The notes under the pieces were generated by a model, which saw nothing but the letters and a program-made list of their open reading frames with translations, had not been told where the DNA came from and ran no database searches. 64,000 bases of DNA from the human T2T-CHM13v2.0 reference genome, Homo sapiens: assembly GCF_009914755.1 (NCBI RefSeq), contig NC_060925.1, one strand, 5' to 3'. Shown here one piece after another: positions 28,171 through 42,266 of this stretch. Positions within the stretch are counted from its first letter, which is position 1. Every line of letters begins with the position of its first letter. A program made the translations under genes and the position numbers.

Positions 28171-28734
28171 GGGATGCAACTTTCACAGATCATTCATTCA
28201 TGTAACTGGGACCCCAGGGTCTTATGACAGCAACTTTCATTCTTTTTCCACGAATTCACACTGAAACTAATGTCAGCCTTCCACTTTGATTCTCAGTGCT
28301 CAGGTACCTCTCCTTTTTCTTGACCTCTCAGTTTGGCTCTTGATTTAAAGTTTACTCTTGTTGTTCAAGTCTTACATTTCCAAGAACACTTATGTTCTCT
28401 CAAGACAGGAATCCGCCTTGTACAACTTTGGCCCCTGCCCTTCATACATATCCAGTTGAAACTGATTAATTTTCTCCAAATCCTGTTAAATGATCTTGAA
28501 AATCACTCAGGTCTGAGCAATCCTCCAAGTGTTCCGAGTTCTTGGCAGAGTGTGTCACCAGTACTTGTGACTAAAACTGGTATTTTTTTTTTAATTTCAT
28601 AGAATGTAAAAAATTGTGGTCAAATATTCTTCCCTAATATCCCCAGCTTAGTGATTTCTTCTGGATAGACATTCCCATCCACCACAGAAATGTCCAAAAC
28701 AAATAGCCAAGGAATAGGCAAGTTTATCTAATAG

Positions 28735-28985
28735 TAATTTATTCTTCCATTCTTCATTCAACGGCACTTAATAACACCTGCAATATGCTAGCTATTGTGT
28801 TAGTCAGTGGAGATCAAAGATGAGAGAGATGCGGTCCTCCTTTTCTAGGAATTCACAGTCTGTTGGAGGTGACTCAACTTTATACAAATACCAGAGGACA
28901 AAGCACAATAGATAAATGACGTGAAAATTCAGATGTGGGAGGTAGTTATCTCCAGCTTGGAAAAGGAAAGGATAACCTCAGCTTT
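28735..28985 (-). mobile_element. L2 3' fragment
   Basis: cattcttcattcaacggcacttaataacacctgcaatatgctag. Confidence 0.55.
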
Positions 28986-30050
28986 TAACCTTGATTCTCC
29001 TCTAAAATTCATACAGCCAGTCCTGATATACTAATCATGTGGATTTTAGCCTCAGAATAATTACTGTGATTATCTCAAGAATTTTAAAAAGGACTAAATG
29101 CTAATGTGAAAAAAAATGAAAACTCAACATGAGACATTAGAGGAAATTGTTAAGTACAGTGGGGAAGGTTGAGAATTCCCACCCCCTCTCATCTTTGGCT
29201 CCTCTGCTCCAGTGAGAAATGGCATACCTCATTCTCTGCTTTGTATTCATTATTCTTTTACTTATAACCATCTTACAGAATGAATCTCTTTCTCCGTCTC
29301 TCCTTCTCCCTCTCTTCCTCCCCCTTTATGTGATAGACGTATCTGTCTTTCATATCTTATTTATCCTAGTATACTTCAGAAATTGCCTTTCTTGATTTGT
29401 TTCTTGCAATTTCCTGTTTTGTATCATTCATTCATTATTCATGCCAGCCAGTGTTTGTAATTGTGATTTGGTAATTGTTATTCAATGAATGAGTATCAGC
29501 TTGAATAACTCAGCTACAAAATCATAATACTTTATATCATTATTTCACTTTCTAGTTTCTTAAATATTTTTGTGTGTCTACTTTTTTTTTTAATCTCAAA
29601 GACTTTATGACATTAGTCATCTTTATATTACGTAGACCACAGGAGAGAAACTTGGACCTATCTACATTTGATTTGGGGCCAGCACCCTCTAAGTCTAATC
29701 TCCTGCCTGTGTCCATTGCCTCCTGCACAACAGTTAATAAGGTGCACTCACCACCACTCCTGCCACAAGCACAGGCATGCTGTTGTTGCTTCTATTAAGC
29801 TTCAAGACAATAAGCTGCCCTCTGGCTGGTGGGACTATAGCTCCATAAAATGATACACTTGCTATACTCTGTTCTGCACCTTTTCCCAGAGAACCATTTC
29901 TCTGCTCCTCACCTTGGGAGTAATACATCTTTCTTTGCTTTTACCAAAGAACGGCTGTTGTAATTTAGCTTGAGACCAGGGATTTAACCTGCTAGGAAAT
30001 TCAACATTTATTTAAGGATTATATTTAGCGGAAAGATGAAAAAGGGCCCT

Positions 30051-30940
30051 ACTCAACCGGTATACGAAAAGATGCTCAGTGTCACTGATCACTAGGGAAA
30101 GGCAAATTAATATCAGAAGGAGATATAACCTTATGTCTGTTAGGATGGCCATTATTAAAAAGATGGAAGATAACAAGTGTTAGTAAGGATGTGGAGAGAA
30201 GGGAACCCTTGTACACCATTGGTGAGAATGTAAATTGGTACAGCCAGTGTGGAAAACAGTATGGAGTTTTGATAAAAATTGAAAACAGAGCTCCCATATG
30301 AACCAGCAATCCCACTTCTGGCTATATATTCATGAAAATAAACTCAGTATGTAAAATAGATATTTGCACTCCCGTGCTTATTGAATAATTATTTATAATA
30401 GTCAAGATATGAAAAGAATCTAAGTGTCTGTTGACAGATGAATGGATAGAGAAATTGTGGGAGTGTGCATACACACACACACTGGAATATTACTCAGCCT
30501 CAAAAAAGAAGGCAATCCTGCAATTTGTGACAACATTGATGAAGCTGGAAGATTTTGTGCTAAGTGAAATAAGCCAGACACAGGAAGAAAAATTCTGTGT
30601 AATCTCACTTGTATGTGGAATCTTAAAAAGTCAACTTCATAGCAGCAGAGCAGAGAATGGGAGGCAGGTGGGGGTGGGGAGCAGGAAGATGTTGGTATAA
30701 AGTTTCAGTTATCTTACATAGGGTTAATAAGTTCTAGTCATCTAATGTATAGCCTGGTGACTATAGTTAATAATACTGTGTTATCTACTTGAAATGTGCT
30801 AAAAGAACAGATTTTAAATGGTCTCACCACACCAAAAATAGTGAATTATCTGAGGGGATGGATATATTAATTATCTTAACTGAAGTAATCATGAGGTATA
30901 AGCATATCAAATCCAATTATATTTCATAAAGCTGATTTTT
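30051..30940 (+). mobile_element. L1MA-type 3' fragment
   Basis: gaaaagatgctcagtgtcactgatcactagggaaa...aataagttctagtcatctaatgtatagcctggtgactatag. Confidence 0.88.
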
Positions 30941-31971
30941 TTAAAGGGGGAACTATTGATTATTAAATGTTTTCCGTACAGGTTCAGAACTCAACATAAC
31001 CTATCCTGATAATAGACAAATGGCCAGTGTCTCCGCATTAACAATCTATTGAGATCTCTGACCTAGCTCCTCAAACAGCCAGCCCAAACCTCTCATGCTG
31101 GGTGGGCAGCCTTAGCTGCTGACCTTCTCTTCCCTCCAGTGGGTGTTGGTAGCGTGAAAGATGGCCCATCTAATTGCCACTGTCCCTAATGTGCATGTCC
31201 TCAGTAGTCAAACTAGGTTAGAGGAAAGTTGCAAATAATTACAGAAAACAGACATTGCTCTATTTGGTCCTATTGTGATCTATCATTATAGCAAATTCCC
31301 TGAAGGAACAGAGGTCCTTGCCAGCCCCAAACAGTCCCCTTTAGACTCACACATCCTCCAGCTATTCTTACAAGTATCTCCTCCCATAGATTGAGCCTCC
31401 TTATTGCATTTGATAAGCCAGGCCACCAGGCTGTAAACAGATGAGAACTACTGGCTGCACAGGAACCTGTGACCCAGATGCCACCATATACCAAATTCAA
31501 ACACAGTGTTGCCCCAGTAAAATTTGTAATATCACAATGATTACAAAAATAAAAACAAAGGTCTTACAAATAATATCCCCATCAAGACCCCATTCCAAAT
31601 GTTTGGCACTGAAGGCTCAGGGGTTTAGGATTCTCTAATGATTTGATTTTGGGAAAGTCCACCAGTGGCAAGCTCTACTCCAACAGGTCATTTTATTGCT
31701 CCTTGCTTCTAATGCTATTCTATTTCCTTGTATTGCGAGGGCTTCTCCAGCTCCATGCCAACAACTGCTACAACCCAAGGCCCTCCTCCTATAGGCCCCA
31801 GCAAACCCCACATCTATACCAAATGCCTTCTCTGACCTCCACCAATGGAAGCCCCTTGCCTTTTGCCTTCCTTAGCGACCTGAAAGTCATTGGATACCCT
31901 GGCCATCTCTTGTGGACACATGCTCATATATTTCATTGGTGATATATTAGTCTCCACATAATTCTCAATTT

Positions 31972-32090
31972 TTAACAGTCCTCATTGATGCTGGATCCTA
32001 GGTCAGTTTTGTGCTCAGCAAAACTTCAAAATTTAAAAAGGGGAAACAACAACTAGGGGTGTCACTGGACATTGAGTCCAAGGAACTCAA
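31972..32090 (+). pseudogene. pro: Retroviral protease remnant
   Basis: LTVLIDAGS*VSFVLSKTSKFKKG, a D-T/S-G-type aspartyl protease motif. Confidence 0.65.
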
Positions 32091-32096
32091 ACACCT

Positions 32097-32900
32097 TGGG
32101 AATATATTGCTGCTCAGGCCTCACACATTATAGTTAAAATCTCTCATGTCTCAGCTTATGGCAAGGCCCCCACAGAAGAGGCAGTCTTTAATGAAATAGA
32201 TGACCAACTTGCTCAAATTTTTCAAATAAATTCAGATATTACCCTATGCTCTTGTCCTTGGCTGGATGGGCTTATGAGATCTCTGGTTATCATAGCCCTG
32301 GGACCCAAGTAACTTTGGGTCAAGCATCATGACACTGCCATGCTACTGGCTCTAGCCCAAACCCAAGTCCCCTAATGTTATCTCTATTCCCTGTCCCACC
32401 ACTGGTTTCATACCAAGGGAAATGGGGATTGCCAATGGGGATCCATACCAAGAGATGGGCATTCCTTCTCTCATTGGCAAGATGATTTTATTGAACTGTT
32501 GCCCCAGTCTGCTGGCAAAAATTACTGTTCCTCAATGATGGCTGATATTTATGTATGCATATTCTTGTCTTATCCTTTCCAGCATTCTACTGCCAACACC
32601 ACAATTACAGGTGTCACCAAAACTTAGATAGCTCTCTTTGTGCCCCCAGATATCACTGACTCTGAACAGGGTACACATGTTGCTGCTCATTCATTTCAGG
32701 TGTGGGCTTTACTTACAACACGGCATCATTTGGAACTTTCATTTGTCCTATTGTCCACAGGCATGTGGCCTAATAGACAGACATAATGGCTTACTCAAGG
32801 AAATTCTCTTAAAATTACCAAATGGATAATGGTCTCCCAAATTGACCTCTCTTTTGCCCACTGCCTTAGTTAATCTGCAATTTCAAGCTTTAGAGCCTAT
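32097..32900 (+). pseudogene. pol: pol remnant: RNase H C-terminus plus integrase
   Basis: WEYIAAQASHIIVKISHVSAYGKAPTEEAVFNEIDDQLAQI; GWAYEISG; WGSIPRDGHSFSHWQDDFIELL; WNFHLSYCPQACGLIDRHNGLLKEIL; frameshifted. Confidence 0.85.
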
Positions 32901-35324
32901 GACATCCCACCAACATGTAACAAGAGCTCTTCTTCTCCCCCTTAAAACCACAAAAGAGTATGCTTCTCACCTATGAGTCCGTAATATTTAAGCAAAATTC
33001 CTCTTCTCAATTATACCTCTGATTCTGCTACCCCTTTTCAATCCTGGCACAATCCACACTAGATTGTCTTCTGGATCAGCAGTGAATATTATGGAACTCA
33101 CCAAAAATTGAGAGGACTTGTTCCCCAAACATGTAATACTGTGTCCCTGAAAACTCTCTGCCAAAGCTTGTTGTCCTTCCCTAATATGATAGTTTTGAAG
33201 GTTTGCTAGCTGTAAGTCCCTCTTTGCTAGGAATGAAAATCTTGGTGCCTTGTCCCATACCTACAATTGTGTGGATCTTCCGGTAAGAAAAATAAGATTT
33301 TAAATTAGTTTCCAATGCCAACATTTCTAAATAGGATGCATCTCTGGCTCCATTCCATTATATTTATTTTGAATGGGTGACTACTGCAAGACCCAGGATC
33401 ATAATGACCATGACTACCATCATAATAAATAGGCATTCCCCAGCATGCCAGCCTATGCCAAAAGCCCAAAAATATCACCATGGAATATTTTTGTTTATCT
33501 TGGCCTGGCTGTGCTTCATTTGGCTCAAGCCTGGGTCTGGGATTCTGTGACTCTAACTCAATGTCAAATACCATAGGCTTCTTTCTGCCGATGCTGTCAT
33601 CCCTACTTGTGTGGGGCAGTCACTCAATCCACAGCTTCCCTGTAAAAGGTACTCCTTAACTTCTTAAGGGGCAAAGGGATACTCATCTTCAGGCAAATTT
33701 GTAATAATTTATCAAATGTATATCTTTGCCTCAAGATCTTGGGGCTAGTCAAGGGTTCATATCAGAAACCCTTTGCCCCAGCCACACTAGGGCCCTTAAG
33801 GGTACCATCCACAGGTCACTTGTAGTCAACAGCACAGACAATGGCCATCGTCTCAGGAATAATGACCTCAGACCAGCAGACCAAAGTGTCCCAAATGATA
33901 ATTTCAGTGTGACTTATAGTCCTAACCTTGACACTGGTAACTCGAGTGATGACACAATTCCATGGTGAACACTGCCAAGTCAAGATTCTGCTCCCTGACC
34001 CCTTCTTTTCTCCCAAACCTAACCATGGTTCTTCCATACTCTTGCCTCATGACTTACCCTTGGCCCCAAGTTTGAATCTATGCAACGTGCTTACTCTCTG
34101 CTCCCAACCTAACTGATGACAATGTCACCATAGTTATTGTGATTGCTTAATTACAGGTGTCATCCACTCTGCTTATGGAGTCTCTGTGACTCCATTCCTC
34201 TCCTATACAATTTCTCTCCATTCCCCTTTCCTACAAGAAGCTAATGCTTATTGGCAGGACCTTACCTGCTTAGACTATACCGAAGCCTGAGGAATGACTC
34301 TATACAGGGGTCTGTCTTTGCCTATTACCTAACCTGCTGCATCAAGGAACTCCCATTTAATTATTTAGATTTGTGCTTGACTCACTCTTTTCTCTTTTCA
34401 TAGGGTTTTCTCCTGGTATGAGCTATCACCCTGCAAATTAGCTGATCTATACCCGCTGGTCTTACCATTTTATTTCTCCCCTTAATATCTAAAACCTGAA
34501 TCAGGATTCCCATCTCCACTATCCCTACTCTTACAGCCACATCAGCTCTGATTCCCCCTCATCCAACTATCCATCCTTCACTCTCCACTACTTCGCTGTC
34601 ACCATCTCCACTCCCTACTTTCCTGAACCTGATGGACAATATCTATGTAACAGTAACAGGGTATGTCACCCGAGAGCTAAACTTCCAGCAACACTGGGCT
34701 TGCTACCAAGGGCCCCAGCCTGGACCACAACTTATTCAACTAATTTCTGTCCCTTTGGAGATCTATGATACTTGTACTAAATACTTGTCATCTTCTCCAT
34801 CCCCTGTACTTCCCCCAGCACTCCCTTGACCTTCCTAGGTGCTTCCTCATTAATCTTCACTTCAAGGACCCCTTGCCCTCCTCAACTTCCCCTACCAACC
34901 AATATATCCAGCTGTGTCTCCCCTACTCCACCCCCACTTTGAAATAAGTTGGCTATCACACATCTGCATCGGTATAAATTTGCTCACCAGAAATCCCCCC
35001 TTTTAAGACCTTTGGGCCACTCATTCTCCTGGGACGATACTCCTGCTCACCAGGCACTCATACTCTGCTCCTATACCCCACTTTCTTCTAACCTATGTAG
35101 CCTGGCCTGTGTCCTAGGGCCACATAGTAGCCAGGTCACCCTGCATCCAACTAGAGAATTCACATTTCTCATACAGCCTTCCCTCAAGAGGGAAGGGTGT
35201 TTTTTTAACCTATTATGTTGGGCCTCATCACAATCTTTAGTATAACAGGCATAAATTTAGGCATTTTTAATTCTCTAAAACAGGCTCAACTCAGAGGAGC
35301 CACACAGACAGTGTCACACTCCCA

Positions 35325-35702
35325 GAAGACCACATATGTCAAGAAGCCCAAGCTTTAGATGCTGTGAATAAGGGACAAAGCTCTGTGGTTGCCATGGTAG
35401 CTGAGAACAGCTTAGCATTAGACTATCTACTAGCATCTCAAAGTGGAGTTTGTACCTTGATGGAAACCTCCTCCTGCATGTGGGTCAATAACACAGGAAC
35501 AGTCTTCAGAAGAGTTCAACAAATAAAACAACAAAGCAAAATAGTCAATCTTATTACTCCAAGAGACTCCGTGGATTCCACTGATTTTTCTGGATGTCTC
35601 CTTCTGCCTGGGGCAATTGACTCCCCACTATCTTTCAGAAAGCTTATAATAATAATTGCTATTTTAATAATAATTATGATAATAACTATTATTTTGAGTT
35701 AG
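35325..35702 (+). pseudogene. env: env TM subunit remnant (heptad, ISD, cysteine loop, membrane anchor)
   Basis: EAQALDAVNKGQSSVVAMVAENSLALDYLLASQSGVCTLMETSSCMWVNNTG...LIIIIAILIIIMIITII. Confidence 0.88.
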
Positions 35703-36364
35703 CTTTGCAAATTTTTTCTGTCAAGTACAAGTTTGTTTACGGGAATCCTTGGAGTTTGCCGTGCTAACCCAAATATCATGGATGAATTGTGAAGACAATA
35801 AGTAAGAAATAGGAAAAAAGCTTGGAACCCCAACTGACATTTGATTTAGTGCCAGTGAAGACTGTCTCATCTCCCACCTGTGTCTGATGACTCCTGTACA
35901 ATGAGATGTGTATTCTTTCACTGTGCCCTGTATGTTCAGGCGCAGTCTTACTGCCTCTTTTAAACCTCCTGATGGGAGCTGTCCTCCACCAGCAGGACTT
36001 CCCCTTTACAAAAGACTCATGTAGTCACTACCCTCTCTCTTCTGGACCCTCTCCAGGAGACCCCTCCCCTTCACTCCTTTCCTTTGGACTTCCCCATCTA
36101 TGTGAGCAATCAGACTTCCTTCGATTACACGAAAGGACTGCTCTTAAGAGTTTTCACATCCGAAGCTAACCTTGGGAGGGGGCTTCCTCATGTTATGATG
36201 GAGTTGTCCTTATGTATATTATTACAGTTGTTTTGCTGAACTTTGAAGCCATTCTGGACGATTAGACCCTGCCTGACAGCTAACTCTAATATAATCACTG
36301 CTCTTAGAAACAAAATTGTTTATGATAAACTTAAGCCTACAAATTTTTAGTGTGTGGTGGAATA

Positions 36365-37011
<647 letters not shown>

Positions 37012-37368
37012 ATTCTGGAAGATAGGGGTTGCCAGCAGAGCAGAAGAACCATATTGCTCAATCTTCGCTATTTGCAAATTTTTCTAAAACGCATTCATCT
37101 GCTTTCCCGCAAAGAAAAGGTCAGAATGCTGAACATGATTGATAGTCTCTTTATACTCTCCTGGTACAAAGTAAACCATAGTACTTGTTTCTGTTTTAGC
37201 TGTGATGTTACAGAATCCTAGGATGGCAAAGTAGTATAGATAGGGTCCAGCCTATGCCAAGAAATAGTAAAATAATAATGAATTCTCCTGTCCTGAGCAT
37301 GTACATTTGCCAGGCAATTTGCATGCATTATCTCTTAAATCCTTAAAGTAGGCCTGTGAAGTAGCTAC

Positions 37369-38809
37369 CGTAACCAAATAGTCTAGATTGCAAATGCATT
37401 TGAAAATCTCTTTTCCTTTTTCTTTTTTCCCTAGTCTCAAGACATAACCTTGAAGCTTACTGCAGAAACATTTTTCCTCCTCCTTAGCCTTAAAATATAG
37501 CCTTGATGTGTACTTTCTTTGAAACACCAAGTCCCTCCCTTTCTCGCCATACACTCCCTTACACCATGCACATTTATTAATAATTGTATGCTTGTGTCTA
37601 ATTATGTGCTTATTTAGAACTTCTAAGGGGGCTAATCTTGAGACAGACCACGCATAGAGACCCAGCTGCAAGATTCCAGAGATTCTCTCAAGGAAGTTAG
37701 TCAATAACGTGGCCATTGTTGAGATGATGCCAGCCCTCACTCCAGATGCCAGACCGTGGCTCCAGATAGCCATGGAACAAGACACACAGACCTTGTACTC
37801 AGCACCCATCTCGCATAATTTCCATTGCCAGTTCCCCCTTTTAAGCCCCTCTTCCCAGCCTAAGGTTTGAAGTGATTACTTTTAATAGGAATCCAGCCAC
37901 TTCCTCATGACTAGTTTTGGTTAATAAAGTCACTTTCTTTTTTTGTTGTTGTTGTTTTAACTTTTGTTTTAAGTTCAGGGGTACAAGTACAGGTTTGTTA
38001 CATAGGTAAACTTGTGTCATAGGGGCTTGTTGTACAGATTATTTTGTCACCCAGGTATTAAGCCTATACCCATTAGTCATTTTTTCTGATCCTCTCCCTC
38101 CTCCCACACTCTACCCTCTGACAGGCCCCAGTGTCTGTTGTTCTCTATGTGTTCTCATCATTCAGCTCCCACTTTTACATGAGGACGTGTGGTATTTGGT
38201 TTTCTGTTCCTTCATTAATTTACTAAGGATAATGGCCTCCAGCTCTATCTATGACCTTGCAAAGGACATAATCTCATTCCTTTTTATGGCTTCGTGGTAT
38301 TCCATGGTGTATATGTACCACATTTTCTTTATCCAATCTGTCATTGATGAGCATTCGGGTTGATTCCATGTCTTTGCTATTGTGAATAGTACTGTAATTA
38401 ATATATGTGTGCATGTGTCTTTATAATAGAATGATTTATATTCCTTCCGGTATAGACCCGGTAATGGTATTGCTAGGTCAAATGGTATTTCTGTTTCTGG
38501 GTCTTTGAGGAATCACCACATTGTCTTTCCACAATGGTTGGACCAATTTACACTCCCACCAATAGTGTATAAGCATTCCTTTTTCTCCACAACCTTGCCA
38601 GCGTCTGTTATTTTTTTGACTTTTTAATAATAGCTATTCTGACTGGTGTTAGATGGTCTGGCATTGTGGTTTTGATTTGCATTTCTCTAATGATCTGTGA
38701 TGTTGAGTTTTTTTTTCATATGATTGTTGGCCACAGGTGTTTCTACCATACCTTGCTCTTGCTATTGGACTCTGCAAGCAGTGAGCAGTTGGACCTGCAT
38801 TTGGTTACA
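37369..38809 (+). mobile_element. ERV1 solo LTR (MER66/MER73-like) interrupted by L1
   Basis: (c)gtaacc...aataaagtcactttc[L1]...ggactctgcaagcagtgagcagttggacctgcatttggttaca; ~4-bp TSD ctac/ttac. Confidence 0.78.
37938..38740 (-). mobile_element. L1PA13-16-type 3' fragment
   Basis: taagttcaggggtacaagtacaggtttgttacataggtaaacttgtgtcatag. Confidence 0.9.
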
Positions 38810-38957
38810 TTACTAATGCCATTCCTATTTTACAGAAGAGAAAAGTGAGATAAATTTCAATGTCATTTAGTTGGCACAAGACTTAGCTGGTTTTAAAGCC
38901 CCTGTCACTCTCTGAATCCAAAATTATTGCCAGTGTCTCTCCTTCCTTTGATGACAG

Positions 38958-39411
38958 TGATAGGCCAAATGATGACCCTCCAAAGATGTCTACCTCCTAA
39001 TTTCCAGAACCTGTGACTATGTTACCGTACAAGTCAAAAGAGACATTACAGATGCGATTAATGTATGGATGTTGTGATGGGGAGATTATTTTCAGGATCA
39101 TCTGAGTGGGCCTAATACTTATAAGAGGGAGACAAGAGGTTCTGGGTCAGAGAAGGAAATGTGACAATGGAAGCAGAGGCTGGGCTGATAAAGCTATGAG
39201 CCAAAGATTGCTCTCTAGAGGCTGGAAAAGTCAAAGAGTGGATGCTCCCCTAGAACTTCCAGAGGAATGCTGTCTTGCTGACATCTGAATTTTAGCCCTG
39301 TAAGACTCATTTCAAACTTCTGTCCTCCAGAACTGTAAAATAATAAACTTTTATTGCTTTAAGCCCTTAGGTTTCTGGTAATTTGTTACAGCACCGTAGG
39401 AAATTAATACA
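38958..39411 (+). mobile_element. MLT1D-like LTR
   Basis: ccaaagatgtctacctcctaatttccagaacctgtgactatgttacc...gtaatttgttacagcaccgtaggaaattaataca. Confidence 0.87.
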
Positions 39412-39609
39412 ATGTCCTATTACACTTTAAATGGACTCTCTGATGATACCACTTTTTATCTTGCATTATATACTTTTTATAATTATATAAATTTTAAATT
39501 TTTAAGCTCTTTTTTTCTCTATATCTAGCAATTTTTTAGTGCCTATGTTATAATAGGCACTATACAAGGCACTTTACAAATAAAGGCTTATTTAATTTTT
39601 CTAACAACC

Positions 39610-39978
39610 TGTGGTAGAGATAGCTAGTTTTCCACATGAAATGTGTACTTCCCTTCCATAGTAAGGAGTGGTTTCTAGAAATTGGCCGCCCAACCTGAAC
39701 AATATTTCTTGTAAGTATCCCTATAAGTTTATCTAGGCGTGGCCATGTGATTAGTTTTTGCCAGTGAAATTTGAGCAGAGCTGATGTGGTTAGACAGCAT
39801 ATATGCCTCCCCACCCTACCTTTCCCTTTCCACAGCAACTTAGGGAACTATGTGTTAATAATGGCAGGACCATAAAGTGGTCCATTTTCACCACTGTAAT
39901 CTTTTACGAGCAAGGAATAAACTTCTTTTGTGTAATCTTGTGATACTTGGGGATTTATCTGTCGCAGCAGCTACTGGT
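39610..39978 (+). mobile_element. MLT1H/I/J-like LTR
   Basis: aggcgtggccatgtgattagtttttgccagtgaaatttgagcagag...aggaataaacttc. Confidence 0.65.
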
Positions 39979-40045
39979 AACCATACTCCAACTCTGTGAA
40001 GTATAACCTCATGAAGTATGAAGGATTCACCTCATGTTTAATGAT

Positions 40046-40195
40046 AGTGAAACTAGGGCTCAGAACAATGAAGTAGCTTGACCAAGGTCACAAATTTAAA
40101 AGAGGCAGAGGCAGGGATGCTTAAACAGTGAAACTAGGGTTCAGAACTATGAAATAGCTTGACCAAGGTCACAAATTTAAAAGTGACAGAGGCAG
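40046..40195. repeat. Two-copy tandem duplication (period 81) within a MIR
   Basis: agtgaaactagggytcagaacwatgaartagcttgaccaaggtcacaaatttaaaag..cagaggcag occurs twice. Confidence 0.9.
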
Positions 40196-40593
40196 AATTC
40201 TGACTCCAAAGACCATTGTATTTGCACGATGTTACATAGCATTTTATTGTTCAATAGTCTGTTGAAAATATCCATTTAAAAAACAATAAAGTCTCTGAAT
40301 CATAGATATTAGACCTAAAAGGCACTTTACAGATTATCTTCCCTAAAATCTCCTACAGTACTTCAAAGATGAGAAAAAGGAAGCCTAAAAATGGCAAGTG
40401 GCTGGCCCATGTGATGAGACACAGCCAGGACTGGAACTGAAGCCTCCTTTTCATTACCTAAATTGCTCCTTTAGATGAGCTTGTATAGGAGTCAACTCTT
40501 TTTCATAAATGGTTTTCAAATATTTGATATAAGATCATTCATGGCCATAAAGACAGAGTTTTCTTTTTAGAATGAAAAATGGAAAAAAAATAG

Positions 40594-41025
<432 letters not shown>

Positions 41026-41794
41026 AGTATAGTTCTATTCTTAATCTCTTGTTCTATTGAGATGGAAATATCTTCATGTTATAAAAATAAAAGTGGCAGA
41101 GCACTGAACAGATGGAGAGTTAAATGAATGAACTGAGGATTCCACATCTTGGCTGCCTGAAAATATGTTCTACTACAGTAAACATATTTTTAGCAAACAA
41201 ATAATGGCAACCCATGTGTTGATCTCTCACCAGTATTCTCTAGCTTGGCTCATTTATTCCCTGAGGATAGCTGAACTTCTTTGCAAGAAACAGATATTTC
41301 CCACACTTTTCAAGCCTCGAAGCGAATTCGAGAATGCCAGAGAACTGAGTAAAACTGTAAAACTACACTTAGGATTTTGCACTGGGTGAAATGTCTCTAG
41401 TGAAATCAGGACATTTGTATAGAATGGACCATTCTGATTTCTGCTACTGTCTTAATTCATTAATTTAACATGGAAATTCTAATATGTGTGTAATTTTCTC
41501 AGAAAACCCATTATTTAATAATGACAACTCTGAGCAAACGAGGTGTGAAATTTTAAATATACAATGTGCCATGTGTTACTGGTAGACCCACTGCCTTTGT
41601 GATTCTCCATGTTAAATTTTGATTTCAATGCAGCATCTTAGCATCAAGAAATACCAACCCTGGGATAGAACTAGAGGGCATATAACAAAGAGTATGCCCA
41701 ACTTCTATTATCTGAGAATTGTCTTCAAGCTCTACCTGCATACTAATGTTATTCATTTGTTAACAGTTTTTCTGTAAATGACTTTTAAGTTGAG

Positions 41795-42100
41795 TCATTC
41801 TTAAAAATTAACGACTTTCTTGAGGTATAATCTATGTACCATACAATTCATTCATTTTAAATATAAACTCAGTGATTTTTATTGAATTTGCTGAGTTATT
41901 CAACTATAACTGCATTCAAATTTTAGAACATTTTCATTATCTCTGAAAAATTCCTTGTGCCCATTTTCACTGCTGGTTCCCATTGTGGGCCCCAAACAAA
42001 CAATAATCTACTATCTGTCCATATGTATTTGCCTTTTCAGGATATTTCATAAAAATGGAATCATATAGTATGTGGTCTTCTGTGCCTCACTTCTTACATT
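41795..42100 (-). mobile_element. L1MB-type 3' end (host; resumes at ~46288)
   Basis: tgaggtataatctatgtaccatacaattc...aatggaatcatatagtatgtggtcttctgtg. Confidence 0.82.
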
Positions 42101-42266
42101 CCCTCAGAGATGTCCATTAGTCTGTCCAACCAAAAACTGGGGTCAGGTGAATCCTGAGACTTTTGCGGGAGCCTGTGGCAACCCACAGGTGAGGTCGCCC
42201 TGCATGTTCCTTGATTACAGTCAGATCACAGCTCTACACCAGGTCCATGGAGAAAGAAAGAACTGA
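42101..42266 (-). other. Probable decayed ITS1 sequence adjacent to the 18S 3' end
   Basis: Lies immediately downstream of the 18S 3' terminus and inside the insertion that splits the host L1; more GC-rich than its flanks; identity inferred from position. Confidence 0.45.

Larger units (their letters stand above)
30945..36364 (+). mobile_element. Defective class III (ERVL/HERV-S-like) provirus internal region: gag?-pro-deltaRT-RNase H C-term-integrase-env
   Basis: Protease LIDAGS, RNase H VKISHVSAY, integrase HWQDDFI / DSEQGTH / PQACGLIDRHNGLLK, env ISD; may extend 5' to ~29630. Confidence 0.8.

Noticed and set aside
29630-30045. Possible 5' LTR/PBS of the provirus
   Set aside because: No visible similarity to 36365-37011 and no recognisable tRNA primer-binding site; may be gag/leader but cannot be supported.
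37252-37809. 185-aa minus-strand ORF
   Set aside because: Antisense to an ERV1 LTR, no recognisable domain; chance frame.
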